A DNA stretch of 64,000 bases from positions 2,170,001 to 2,234,000 of the forward strand of contig OZ024744.1 of the NCBI GenBank assembly GCA_964016885.1. Direction: 5' to 3'. Both the position numbers and the translations under genes were made by a program. Below the pieces are notes generated by a model. It did not search any database, was not told the origin of the DNA, and saw only the letters and a list, made by a program, of their open reading frames with translations. This document shows, piece by piece, positions 1 through 12,512 of the stretch; within the stretch, counting starts at the first letter, position 1; each line of letters opens with the position of its first letter. Source of the DNA: Eledone cirrhosa. Its lineage: Eukaryota.

Positions 1-3000
1 CCTCCCCCAAAACTTCGTTCTTCACCAAGCTATCTTTCTCTACCTTGTCTTCCCTCAAAACGTCGTTCTTCACCAAGCTATCTTTCTCTACATTGTCTTC
101 CCCAAAACATCGTTCTTCACCAAGCTATCTTTCTCTACCTTGTCTTCCCCCAAAACTTCGTTCTTCACCAAGCTATCTTTCTCTACCTTGTCTTCCCCCA
201 AAACTTCGTTCTTCACCAAGCTATCTTTCTCTACCTTGTCTTCCCACAAAACGTCGTTCTTCACCAAGCTATCTTTCTCTATTTTGTCTTCCCTCAAAAC
301 GTCGTTCTTCACCAAGCTATCTTTCTCTACCTTGTCTTCCCTCAAAATTTCGTTCTTCACCAAGCTATCTTTCTCGACCTTGTCTTCTCCCAAAACTTCG
401 TTATTCACCAAGCTATCTTTCTCTACCTTGTCTTCCCTCAAAACTTCGTTCTTCACCAAGCTATCTTTCTCTACCTTGTCTTCCCCCAAAACTTCGTTCT
501 TCACCAAGCTATCTTTCTCTACCTTGTCTTCCCCCAAAATTTCGTTCTTCACCAAGCTATCTTTCTCTACCTTGTCTTCCCCCAAAACTTCGTTCTTCAC
601 CAAGTCATCTTTCTCTACCTTGTCATCCCTCAAAACTTCGTTCTTCACCAATCTATCTTTCTCTACCTTGTCTTCCCCCAAAACTACGTTCTTCACCAAG
701 CTATCTTTCTCTAGCTTGTCTTCACACAAAACCTCGTTCTTCACCAAGCTATCTTTCTCTACCTTGTCTTCCCACAAAACGTCATTCTTCACCAAGCTAT
801 CTTTCTCTACCTTGTCTTCTCCCAAAACTTCGTTCTTCACCAAGCTATCTTTCTCTACCTTGTCCTCCCCCAAACTTCGTTCTTCACCAAGCTATCTTTC
901 TCTACCTTGTCTTCCCCCAAAATTTCGTTCTTCGCAAGCTATCTTTCTCTACCTTGTCTTCCGTCAAAACTTCGTTCTTCACCAAGATATCTTTCTCTAC
1001 CTTGTCTTCCCACAAAACGTCGTTCTTCACCAAGCTATCTTTCTCTACCTTGTCTTCCCTCAGAACTTCGTTCTTCACCAAGCTATCTTTCTCTACCTTG
1101 TCTTCCCCCAAAACTACGTTCTTCACCAAGCTATCTTTCTCTACCTTGTCCTCCCCCAAAACTTCGTTCTTCACCAAGCTATCTTTCTCTACCTTGTCTT
1201 CCCTCAGAACTTCGTTCTTCACCAAGCTATCTTTCTCTACCTTGTCTTCCCCCAAAACTTCGTTCTTCACCAAGCTATCTTTCTCTACATTGTCTTCCCC
1301 AAAACTTCGTTCTTCACCAAGCTATCTTTCTCTACCTTGTCTTCCCCCAAAACTTCGTTCTTCACCAAGCTATCTTTCTCTACCTTGTCTTCCCCCAAAA
1401 CTTCGTTCTTCACCAAGTCATCTTTCTCTACCTTGTCATCCCTCAAAACTTCGTTCTTCACCAATCTATCTTTCTCTACCTTGTCTTCCCCCAAAACTAC
1501 GTTCTTCACCAAGCTATCTTTCTCTAGCTTGTCTTCACACAAAACCTCGTTCTTCACCAAGCTATCTTTCTCTACCTTGTCTTCTCCCAAAACTTCGTTC
1601 TTCACCAAGCTATCTTTCTCTACCTTGTCTTCCCTCAGAACTTCGTTCTTCACCAAGCTATCTTTCTCTACCTTGTCCTCCCCCAAAACTTCGTTCTTCA
1701 CCAAGCTATCTTTCTCTACCTTGTCTTCCCCCAAAACTTCGTTCTTCGCAAGCTATCTTTCTCTACCTTGTTTTCCCCCAAAACTTCGTTGTTCACCAAG
1801 CTATCTTTCTCTACCTTGTCTTCCCCCAAAACTTCGTTCTTCACCAAGCTATCTTTCTCTACCTTGTCTTCCCCCAAAACTTCGTTCTTCACCAAGCTAT
1901 CTTTCTCTACCTTGTCCTCCCACAAAACTTCGTTCTTCACCAAGCTATCTTTCTCTACCTTGTCTTCCCCCAAAACTTCGTTCTTCACCAAGCTATCTTT
2001 CTCTACCTTGTCTTCCCACAAAACGTCGTTCTTCACCAAGCTATCTTTCTCTACCTTGTCTTCCCTCAAAACTTCGTTCTTCACCAAGCTATCTTTCTCT
2101 ACATTGTCTTCCCCCAAAACTTCGTTCTTCACCAAGCTATCTTTCTCTACCTTGTCTTCCCCCAAAACTTCGTTCTTCACCAAGCTATCTTTCTCTACCT
2201 TGTCTTCCCTCAAAACTTCGTTCTTCACCAAGCTATCTTTCTCGACCTTGTCTTCTCCCAAAACTTCGTTATTCACCAAGCTATCTTTCTCTACCTTGTC
2301 TTCCCACAAAACTTCGTTCTTCACCAAGCTATCTTTCTCTACCTTGTCTTCCCTCAAAACGTCGTTCTTCACCAAGCTATCTTTCTCTACATTGTCTTCC
2401 CCAAAACATCGTTCTTCACCAAGCTATCTTTCTCTACCTTGTCTTCCCCCAAAACTACGTTCTTCACCAAGCTATCTTTCTCTACCTTGTCCTCCCCCAA
2501 AACTTCGTTCTTCACCAAGCTATCTTTCTCTACCTTGTCTTCCCTCAGAACTTCGTTCTTCACCAAGCTATCTTTCTCTACCTTGTCTTCCCCCAAAACT
2601 TCGTTCTTCACCAAGCTATCTTTCTCTACATTGTCTTCCCCAAAACTTCGTTCTTCACCAAGCTATCTTTCTCTACCTTGTCTTCCCCCAAAACTTCGTT
2701 CTTCACCAAGCTATCTTTCTCTACCTTGTCTTCCCCCAAAACTTCGTTCTTCACCAAGTCATCTTTCTCTACCTTGTCATCCCTCAAAACTTCGTTCTTC
2801 ACCAATCTATCTTTCTCTACCTTGTCTTCCCCCAAAACTACGTTCTTCACCAAGCTATCTTTCTCTAGCTTGTCTTCACACAAAACCTCGTTCTTCACCA
2901 AGCTATCTTTCTCTACCTTGTCTTCTCCCAAAACTTCGTTCTTCACCAAGCTATCTTTCTCTACCTTGTCTTCCCTCAGAACTTCGTTCTTCACCAAGCT

Positions 3001-6000
3001 ATCTTTCTCTACCTTGTCCTCCCCCAAAACTTCGTTCTTCACCAAGCTATCTTTCTCTACCTTGTCTTCCCCCAAAACTTCGTTCTTCGCAAGCTATCTT
3101 TCTCTACCTTGTTTTCCCCCAAAACTTCGTTGTTCACCAAGCTATCTTTCTCTACCTTGTCTTCCCCCAAAACTTCGTTCTTCACCAAGCTATCTTTCTC
3201 TACCTTGTCTTCCCCCAAAACTTCGTTCTTCACCAAGCTATCTTTCTCTACCTTGTCCTCCCACAAAACTTCGTTCTTCACCAAGCTATCTTTCTCTACC
3301 TTGTCTTCCCCCAAAACTTCGTTCTTCACCAAGCTATCTTTCTCTACCTTGTCTTCCCACAAAACGTCGTTCTTCACCAAGCTATCTTTCTCTACCTTGT
3401 CTTCCCTCAAAACTTCGTTCTTCACCAAGCTATCTTTCTCTACATTGTCTTCCCCCAAAACTTCGTTCTTCACCAAGCTATCTTTCTCTACCTTGTCTTC
3501 CCCCAAAACTTCGTTCTTCACCAAGCTATCTTTCTCTACCTTGTCTTCCCTCAAAACTTCGTTCTTCACCAAGCTATCTTTCTCGACCTTGTCTTCTCCC
3601 AAAACTTCGTTATTCACCAAGCTATCTTTCTCTACCTTGTCTTCCCACAAAACTTCGTTCTTCACCAAGCTATCTTTCTCTACCTTGTCTTCCCTCAAAA
3701 CGTCGTTCTTCACCAAGCTATCTTTCTCTACATTGTCTTCCCCAAAACATCGTTCTTCACCAAGCTATCTTTCTCTACCTTGTCCTCCCACAAAACTTCG
3801 TTCTTCACCAAGCTATCTTTCTCTACCTTGTCTTCCCACAAAACGTCGTTCTTCACCAAGCTATCTTTCTCTACCTTGTCTTCCCTCAAAACTTCGTTCT
3901 TCACCAAGCTATCTTTCTCTACCTTGTCTTCCCTCAAAACGTCGTTCTTCACCAAGCTATCTTTCTCTACCTTGTCTTCTCCCAAAACTTCGTTATTCAC
4001 CAAGCTATCTTTCTCTACCTTGTCTTCCCTCAAAACTTCGTTCTTCACCAAGCTATCTTTCTCTACCTTGTCTTCACCCAAAACTTCGTTCTTCACAAAG
4101 CTTTCTTTCTCTACACTGTCTTCCCCAAAACTTCGTTCTTCACCAAGCTATCTTTCTCTACCTTGTGTTCCCCCAAAACTTCGTTGTTCACCAAGCTATC
4201 TTTCACTACCTTGTCTTCCCCCAAAACGTCGTTCTTCACCAAGCTATCTTTCTCTACCTTGTCTTCCCCCAAAACTTCGTTCTTCACCAAGCTATCTTTC
4301 TCTACCTTGTCTTCCCACAAAACTTCGTTCTTCACCAAGCTATCTTTCTCTACCTTGTCTTCCCACAAAACTTCGTTCTTCACCAAGCTATCTTTCTCTA
4401 CCTTGTCTTCCTCCAAAACTTCGTTCTTCACCAAGCTATCTTTCTCTACCTTGTCTTCCCTCAGAACTTCGTTCTTCACCAAGCTATCTTTCTCTACCTT
4501 GTCCTCCCCCAAAACTTCGTTCTTCACCAAGCTATCTTTCTCTACCTTGTCTTCCCACAAAACGTCGTTCTTCACCAAGCTATCTTTCTCTACCTTGTCT
4601 TCCCTCAAAACTTCGTTCTTCACCAAGCTATCTTTCTCTACATTGTCTTCCCCCAAAACTTCGTTCTTCACCAAGCTATCTTTCTCTACCTTGTCTTCCC
4701 CCAAAACTTCGTTCTTCACCAAGCTATCTTTCTCTACCTTGTCTTCCCTCAAAACTTCGTTCTTCACCAAGCTATCTTTCTCGACCTTGTCTTCTCCCAA
4801 AACTTCGTTATTCACCAAGCTATCTTTCTCTACCTTGTCTTCCCACAAAACTTCGTTCTTCACCAAGCTATCTTTCTCTACCTTGTCTTCCCTCAAAACG
4901 TCGTTCTTCACCAAGCTATCTTTCTCTACATTGTCTTCCCCAAAACATCGTTCTTCACCAAGCTATCTTTCTCTACCTTGTCTTCCCCCAAAACTTCGTT
5001 CTTCACCAAGCTATCTTTCTCTACCTTGTCTTCCCCCAAAACTTCGTTCTTCACCAAGCTATCTTTCTCAACCTTGTCTTCCCACAAAACGTCGTTCTTC
5101 ACCAAGCTATCTTTCTCTATTTTGTCTTCCCTCAAAACGTCGTTCTTCACCAAGCTATCTTTCTCTACCTTGTCTTCCCTCAAAATTTCGTTCTTCACCA
5201 AGCTATCTTTCTCGACCTTGTCTTCTCCCAAAACTTCGTTATTCACCAAGCTATCTTTCTCTACCTTGTCTTCCCTCAAAACTTCGTTCTTCACCAAGCT
5301 ATCTTTCTCTACCTTGTCTTCCCCCAAAACTTCGTTCTTCACCAAGCTATCTTTCTCTACCTTGTCTTCCCCCAAAACTTCGTTCTTCACCAAGCTTTCT
5401 TTCTCTACACTGTCTTCCCCAAAACTTCGTTCTTCACCAAGCTATCTTTCTCTACCTTGTGTTCCCCCAAAACTTCGTTGTTCACCAAGCTATCTTTCAC
5501 TACCTTGTCTTCCCCCAAAACGTCGTTCTTCACCAAGCTATCTTTCTCTACCTTGTCTTCCCCCAAAACTTCGTTCTTCACCAAGCTATCTTTCTCTACC
5601 TTGTCTTCCCACAAAACTTCGTTCTTCACCAAGCTATCTTTCTCTACCTTGTCTTCCCACAAAACGTCGTTCTTCACCAAGCTATCTTTCTCTACCTTGT
5701 CTTCCCTCAAAACTTCGTTCTTCACCAAGCTATCTTTCTCTACCTTATCTTCCCCCAAAACTTCGTTCTTCACCAAGCTATCTTTCTCTACCTTGTCTTC
5801 CTCCAAAACTTCGTTCTTCACCAAGCTATCTTTCAGTACCTTGTCTTCCCTCAGAACTTCGTTCTTCACCAAGCTATCTTTCTCTACCTTGTCCTCCCCC
5901 AAAACTTCGTTCTTCACCAAGCTATCTTTCTCTACCTTGTCTTCCCTCAAAACGTCGTTCTTCACCAAGCTATCTTTCTCTACATTGTCTTCCCCAAAAC

Positions 6001-8348
6001 ATCGTTCTTCACCAAGCTATCTTTCTCTACCTTGTCTTCCCCCAAAACTTCGTTCTTCACCAAGCTATCTTTCTCTACCTTGTCTTCCCCCAAAACTTCG
6101 TTCTTCACCAAGCTATCTTTCTCTACCTTGTCTTCCCACAAAACGTCGTTCTTCACCAAGCTATCTTTCTCTATTTTGTCTTCCCTCAAAACGTCGTTCT
6201 TCACCAAGCTATCTTTCTCTACCTTGTCTTCCCTCAAAATTTCGTTCTTCACCAAGCTATCTTTCTCGACCTTGTCTTCTCCCAAAACTTCGTTATTCAC
6301 CAAGCTATCTTTCTCTACCTTGTCTTCCCTCAAAACTTCGTTCTTCACCAAGCTATCTTTCTCTACCTTGTCTTCCCCCAAAACTTCGTTCTTCACCAAG
6401 CTATCTTTCTCTACCTTGTCTTCCCCCAAAATTTCGTTCTTCACCAAGCTATCTTTCTCTACCTTGTCTTCCCCCAAAACTTCGTTCTTCACCAAGTCAT
6501 CTTTCTCTACCTTGTCATCCCTCAAAACTTCGTTCTTCACCAATCTATCTTTCTCTACCTTGTCTTCCCCCAAAACTACGTTCTTCACCAAGCTATCTTT
6601 CTCTAGCTTGTCTTCACACAAAACCTCGTTCTTCACCAAGCTATCTTTCTCTACCTTGTCTTCCCACAAAACGTCATTCTTCACCAAGCTATCTTTCTCT
6701 ACCTTGTCTTCTCCCAAAACTTCGTTCTTCACCAAGCTATCTTTCTCTACCTTGTCCTCCCCCAAACTTCGTTCTTCACCAAGCTATCTTTCTCTACCTT
6801 GTCTTCCCCCAAAATTTCGTTCTTCGCAAGCTATCTTTCTCTACCTTGTCTTCCGTCAAAACTTCGTTCTTCACCAAGATATCTTTCTCTACCTTGTCTT
6901 CCCACAAAACGTCGTTCTTCACCAAGCTATCTTTCTCTACCTTGTCTTCCCTCAGAACTTCGTTCTTCACCAAGCTATCTTTCTCTACCTTGTCTTCCCC
7001 CAAAACTACGTTCTTCACCAAGCTATCTTTCTCTACCTTGTCCTCCCCCAAAACTTCGTTCTTCACCAAGCTATCTTTCTCTACCTTGTCTTCCCTCAGA
7101 ACTTCGTTCTTCACCAAGCTATCTTTCTCTACCTTGTCTTCCCCCAAAACTTCGTTCTTCACCAAGCTATCTTTCTCTACATTGTCTTCCCCAAAACTTC
7201 GTTCTTCACCAAGCTATCTTTCTCTACCTTGTCTTCCCCCAAAACTTCGTTCTTCACCAAGCTATCTTTCTCTACCTTGTCTTCCCCCAAAACTTCGTTC
7301 TTCACCAAGTCATCTTTCTCTACCTTGTCATCCCTCAAAACTTCGTTCTTCACCAATCTATCTTTCTCTACCTTGTCTTCCCCCAAAACTACGTTCTTCA
7401 CCAAGCTATCTTTCTCTAGCTTGTCTTCACACAAAACCTCGTTCTTCACCAAGCTATCTTTCTCTACCTTGTCTTCTCCCAAAACTTCGTTCTTCACCAA
7501 GCTATCTTTCTCTACCTTGTCTTCCCTCAGAACTTCGTTCTTCACCAAGCTATCTTTCTCTACCTTGTCCTCCCCCAAAACTTCGTTCTTCACCAAGCTA
7601 TCTTTCTCTACCTTGTCTTCCCCCAAAACTTCGTTCTTCGCAAGCTATCTTTCTCTACCTTGTTTTCCCCCAAAACTTCGTTGTTCACCAAGCTATCTTT
7701 CTCTACCTTGTCTTCCCCCAAAACTTCGTTCTTCACCAAGCTATCTTTCTCTACCTTGTCTTCCCCCAAAACTTCGTTCTTCACCAAGCTATCTTTCTCT
7801 ACCTTGTCCTCCCACAAAACTTCGTTCTTCACCAAGCTATCTTTCTCTACCTTGTCTTCCCCCAAAACTTCGTTCTTCACCAAGCTATCTTTCTCTACCT
7901 TGTCTTCCCACAAAACGTCGTTCTTCACCAAGCTATCTTTCTCTACCTTGTCTTCCCTCAAAACTTCGTTCTTCACCAAGCTATCTTTCTCTACATTGTC
8001 TTCCCCCAAAACTTCGTTCTTCACCAAGCTATCTTTCTCTACCTTGTCTTCCCCCAAAACTTCGTTCTTCACCAAGCTATCTTTCTCTACCTTGTCTTCC
8101 CTCAAAACTTCGTTCTTCACCAAGCTATCTTTCTCGACCTTGTCTTCTCCCAAAACTTCGTTATTCACCAAGCTATCTTTCTCTACCTTGTCTTCCCACA
8201 AAACTTCGTTCTTCACCAAGCTATCTTTCTCTACCTTGTCTTCCCTCAAAACGTCGTTCTTCACCAAGCTATCTTTCTCTACATTGTCTTCCCCAAAACA
8301 TCGTTCTTCACCAAGCTATCTTTCTCTACCTTGTCTTCCCCCAAAACT
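1..8348. repeat. Block duplication ~1-2456 / ~5893-8348 (offset 5892 bp = 123 monomers - 12 bp)
   Basis: ORF-track fragments 88/5980, 902/6794, 1285/7177 and 1716/7608 are identical at offset 5892. Both copies carry the rare A3 monomer (cctcccccaaacttcg) near 870 and 6762. Confidence 0.92.
1070..3784. repeat. Tandem higher-order repeat, 28-mer, period 1341 bp, 2 copies
   Basis: Fragments 1285/2626 and 1716/3057 are identical at offset 1341 (28x48-3), with the same order of variant monomers. Confidence 0.92.
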
Positions 8349-11300
8349 TCGTTCTTCACCAAGCTATCTTTCTCTACCTTGTCTTCCCCCAAAACTTCGT
8401 TCTTCACCAAGCTATCTTTCTCTACCTTGTCTTCCCACAAAACGTCGTTCTTCACCAAGCTATCTTTCTCTATTTTGTCTTCCCTCAAAACGTCGTTCTT
8501 CACCAAGCTATCTTTCTCTACCTTGTCTTCCCTCAAAATTTCGTTCTTCACCAAGCTATCTTTCTCGACCTTGTCTTCTCCCAAAACTTCGTTATTCACC
8601 AAGCTATCTTTCTCTACCTTGTCTTCCCTCAAAACTTCGTTCTTCACCAAGCTATCTTTCTCTACCTTGTCTTCCCCCAAAACTTCGTTCTTCACCAAGC
8701 TATCTTTCTCTACCTTGTCTTCCCCCAAAACTTCGTTCTTCACCAAGCTTTCTTTCTCTACACTGTCTTCCCCAAAACTTCGTTCTTCACCAAGCTATCT
8801 TTCTCTACCTTGTGTTCCCCCAAAACTTCGTTGTTCACCAAGCTATCTTTCACTACCTTGTCTTCCCCCAAAACGTCGTTCTTCACCAAGCTATCTTTCT
8901 CTACCTTGTCTTCCCCCAAAACTTCGTTCTTCACCAAGCTATCTTTCTCTACCTTGTCTTCCCACAAAACTTCGTTCTTCACCAAGCTATCTTTCTCTAC
9001 CTTGTCTTCCCACAAAACGTCGTTCTTCACCAAGCTATCTTTCTCTACCTTGTCTTCCCTCAAAACTTCGTTCTTCACCAAGCTATCTTTCTCTACCTTA
9101 TCTTCCCCCAAAACTTCGTTCTTCACCAAGCTATCTTTCTCTACCTTGTCTTCCTCCAAAACTTCGTTCTTCACCAAGCTATCTTTCTCTACCTTGTCTT
9201 CCCTCAGAACTTCGTTCTTCACCAAGCTATCTTTCTCTACCTTGTCCTCCCCCAAAACTTCGTTCTTCACCAAGCTATCTTTCTCTACCTTGTCTTCCCT
9301 CAAAACGTCGTTCTTCACCAAGCTATCTTTCTCTACATTGTCTTCCCCAAAACATCGTTCTTCACCAAGCTATCTTTCTCTACCTTGTCTTCCCCCAAAA
9401 CTTCGTTCTTCACCAAGCTATCTTTCTCTACCTTGTCTTCCCCCAAAACTTCGTTCTTCACCAAGCTATCTTTCTCTACCTTGTCTTCCCACAAAACGTC
9501 GTTCTTCACCAAGCTATCTTTCTCTATTTTGTCTTCCCTCAAAACGTCGTTCTTCACCAAGCTATCTTTCTCTACCTTGTCTTCCCTCAAAATTTCGTTC
9601 TTCACCAAGCTATCTTTCTCGACCTTGTCTTCTCCCAAAACTTCGTTATTCACCAAGCTATCTTTCTCTACCTTGTCTTCCCTCAAAACTTCGTTCTTCA
9701 CCAAGCTATCTTTCTCTACCTTGTCTTCCCCCAAAACTTCGTTCTTCACCAAGCTATCTTTCTCTACCTTGTCTTCCCCCAAAATTTCGTTCTTCACCAA
9801 GCTATCTTTCTCTACCTTGTCTTCCCCCAAAACTTCGTTCTTCACCAAGTCATCTTTCTCTACCTTGTCATCCCTCAAAACTTCGTTCTTCACCAATCTA
9901 TCTTTCTCTACCTTGTCTTCCCCCAAAACTACGTTCTTCACCAAGCTATCTTTCTCTAGCTTGTCTTCACACAAAACCTCGTTCTTCACCAAGCTATCTT
10001 TCTCTACCTTGTCTTCCCACAAAACGTCATTCTTCACCAAGCTATCTTTCTCTACCTTGTCTTCTCCCAAAACTTCGTTCTTCACCAAGCTATCTTTCTC
10101 TACCTTGTCCTCCCCCAAAACTTCGTTCTTCACCAAGCTATCTTTCTCTACCTTGTCTTCCCCCAAAATTTCGTTCTTCGCAAGCTATCTTTCTCTACCT
10201 TGTCTTCCGTCAAAACTTCGTTCTTCACCAAGATATCTTTCTCTACCTTGTCTTCCCACAAAACGTCGTTCTTCACCAAGCTATCTTTCTCTACCTTGTC
10301 TTCCCTCAAAACTTCGTTCTTCACCAAGCTATCTTTCTCGACCTTGTCTTCTCCCAAAACTTCGTTATTCACCAAGCTATCTTTCTCTACCTTGTCTTCC
10401 CACAAAACTTCGTTCTTCACCAAGCTATCTTTCTCTACCTTGTCTTCCCTCAAAACGTCGTTCTTCACCAAGCTATCTTTCTCTACATTGTCTTCCCCAA
10501 AACATCGTTCTTCACCAAGCTATCTTTCTCTACCTTGTCTTCCCCCAAAACTTCGTTCTTCACCAAGCTATCTTTCTCTACCTTGTCTTCCCCCAAAACT
10601 TCGTTCTTCACCAAGCTATCTTTCTCTACCTTGTCTTCCCACAAAACGTCGTTCTTCACCAAGCTATCTTTCTCTATTTTGTCTTCCCTCAAAACGTCGT
10701 TCTTCACCAAGCTATCTTTCTCTACCTTGTCTTCCCTCAAAATTTCGTTCTTCACCAAGCTATCTTTCTCGACCTTGTCTTCTCCCAAAACTTCGTTATT
10801 CACCAAGCTATCTTTCTCTACCTTGTCTTCCCTCAAAACTTCGTTCTTCACCAAGCTATCTTTCTCTACCTTGTCTTCCCCCAAAACTTCGTTCTTCACC
10901 AAGCTATCTTTCTCTACCTTGTCTTCCCCCAAAACTTCGTTCTTCACCAAGCTTTCTTTCTCTACACTGTCTTCCCCAAAACTTCGTTCTTCACCAAGCT
11001 ATCTTTCTCTACCTTGTGTTCCCCCAAAACTTCGTTGTTCACCAAGCTATCTTTCACTACCTTGTCTTCCCCCAAAACGTCGTTCTTCACCAAGCTATCT
11101 TTCTCTACCTTGTCTTCCCCCAAAACTTCGTTCTTCACCAAGCTATCTTTCTCTACCTTGTCTTCCCACAAAACTTCGTTCTTCACCAAGCTATCTTTCT
11201 CTACCTTGTCTTCCCACAAAACGTCGTTCTTCACCAAGCTATCTTTCTCTACCTTGTCTTCCCTCAAAACTTCGTTCTTCACCAAGCTATCTTTCTCTAC

Positions 11301-12512
11301 CTTATCTTCCCCCAAAACTTCGTTCTTCACCAAGCTATCTTTCTCTACCTTGTCTTCCTCCAAAACTTCGTTCTTCACCAAGCTATCTTTCTCTACCTTG
11401 TCTTCCCTCAGAACTTCGTTCTTCACCAAGCTATCTTTCTCTACCTTGTCCTCCCCCAAAACTTCGTTCTTCACCAAGCTATCTTTCTCTACCTTGTCTT
11501 CCCTCAAAACGTCGTTCTTCACCAAGCTATCTTTCTCTACATTGTCTTCCCCAAAACATCGTTCTTCACCAAGCTATCTTTCTCTACCTTGTCTTCCCCC
11601 AAAACTTCGTTCTTCACCAAGCTATCTTTCTCTACCTTGTCTTCCCCCAAAACTTCGTTCTTCACCAAGCTATCTTTCTCTACCTTGTCTTCCCACAAAA
11701 CGTCGTTCTTCACCAAGCTATCTTTCTCTATTTTGTCTTCCCTCAAAACGTCGTTCTTCACCAAGCTATCTTTCTCTACCTTGTCTTCCCTCAAAATTTC
11801 GTTCTTCACCAAGCTATCTTTCTCGACCTTGTCTTCTCCCAAAACTTCGTTATTCACCAAGCTATCTTTCTCTACCTTGTCTTCCCTCAAAACTTCGTTC
11901 TTCACCAAGCTATCTTTCTCTACCTTGTCTTCCCCCAAAACTTCGTTCTTCACCAAGCTATCTTTCTCTACCTTGTCTTCCCCCAAAATTTCGTTCTTCA
12001 CCAAGCTATCTTTCTCTACCTTGTCTTCCCCCAAAACTTCGTTCTTCACCAAGTCATCTTTCTCTACCTTGTCATCCCTCAAAACTTCGTTCTTCACCAA
12101 TCTATCTTTCTCTACCTTGTCTTCCCCCAAAACTACGTTCTTCACCAAGCTATCTTTCTCTAGCTTGTCTTCACACAAAACCTCGTTCTTCACCAAGCTA
12201 TCTTTCTCTACCTTGTCTTCCCACAAAACGTCATTCTTCACCAAGCTATCTTTCTCTACCTTGTCTTCTCCCAAAACTTCGTTCTTCACCAAGCTATCTT
12301 TCTCTACCTTGTCCTCCCCCAAAACTTCGTTCTTCACCAAGCTATCTTTCTCTACCTTGTCTTCCCCCAAAATTTCGTTCTTCGCAAGCTATCTTTCTCT
12401 ACCTTGTCTTCCGTCAAAACTTCGTTCTTCACCAAGATATCTTTCTCTACCTTGTCTTCCCACAAAACGTCGTTCTTCACCAAGCTATCTTTCTCTACCT
12501 TGTCTTCCCTCA
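8065..12512. repeat. Tandem higher-order repeat, 46-mer, period 2204 bp, 2 copies
   Basis: 8279/10483, 8758/10962 and 9333/11537 are identical at offset 2204 (46x48-4). The tcGac marker is at 8136 and 10340. Confidence 0.92.

Noticed and set aside
13-29. CENP-B-box-like CTTCGTT
   Set aside because: Only 5 of the 9 essential positions of NTTCGNNNNANNCGGGN match, and the A and GGG are missing.
1-144. Three monomers (144 bp) approximating a nucleosome core
   Set aside because: No 3-mer periodicity is visible in the variant order, so this is a numerical coincidence without MNase data.
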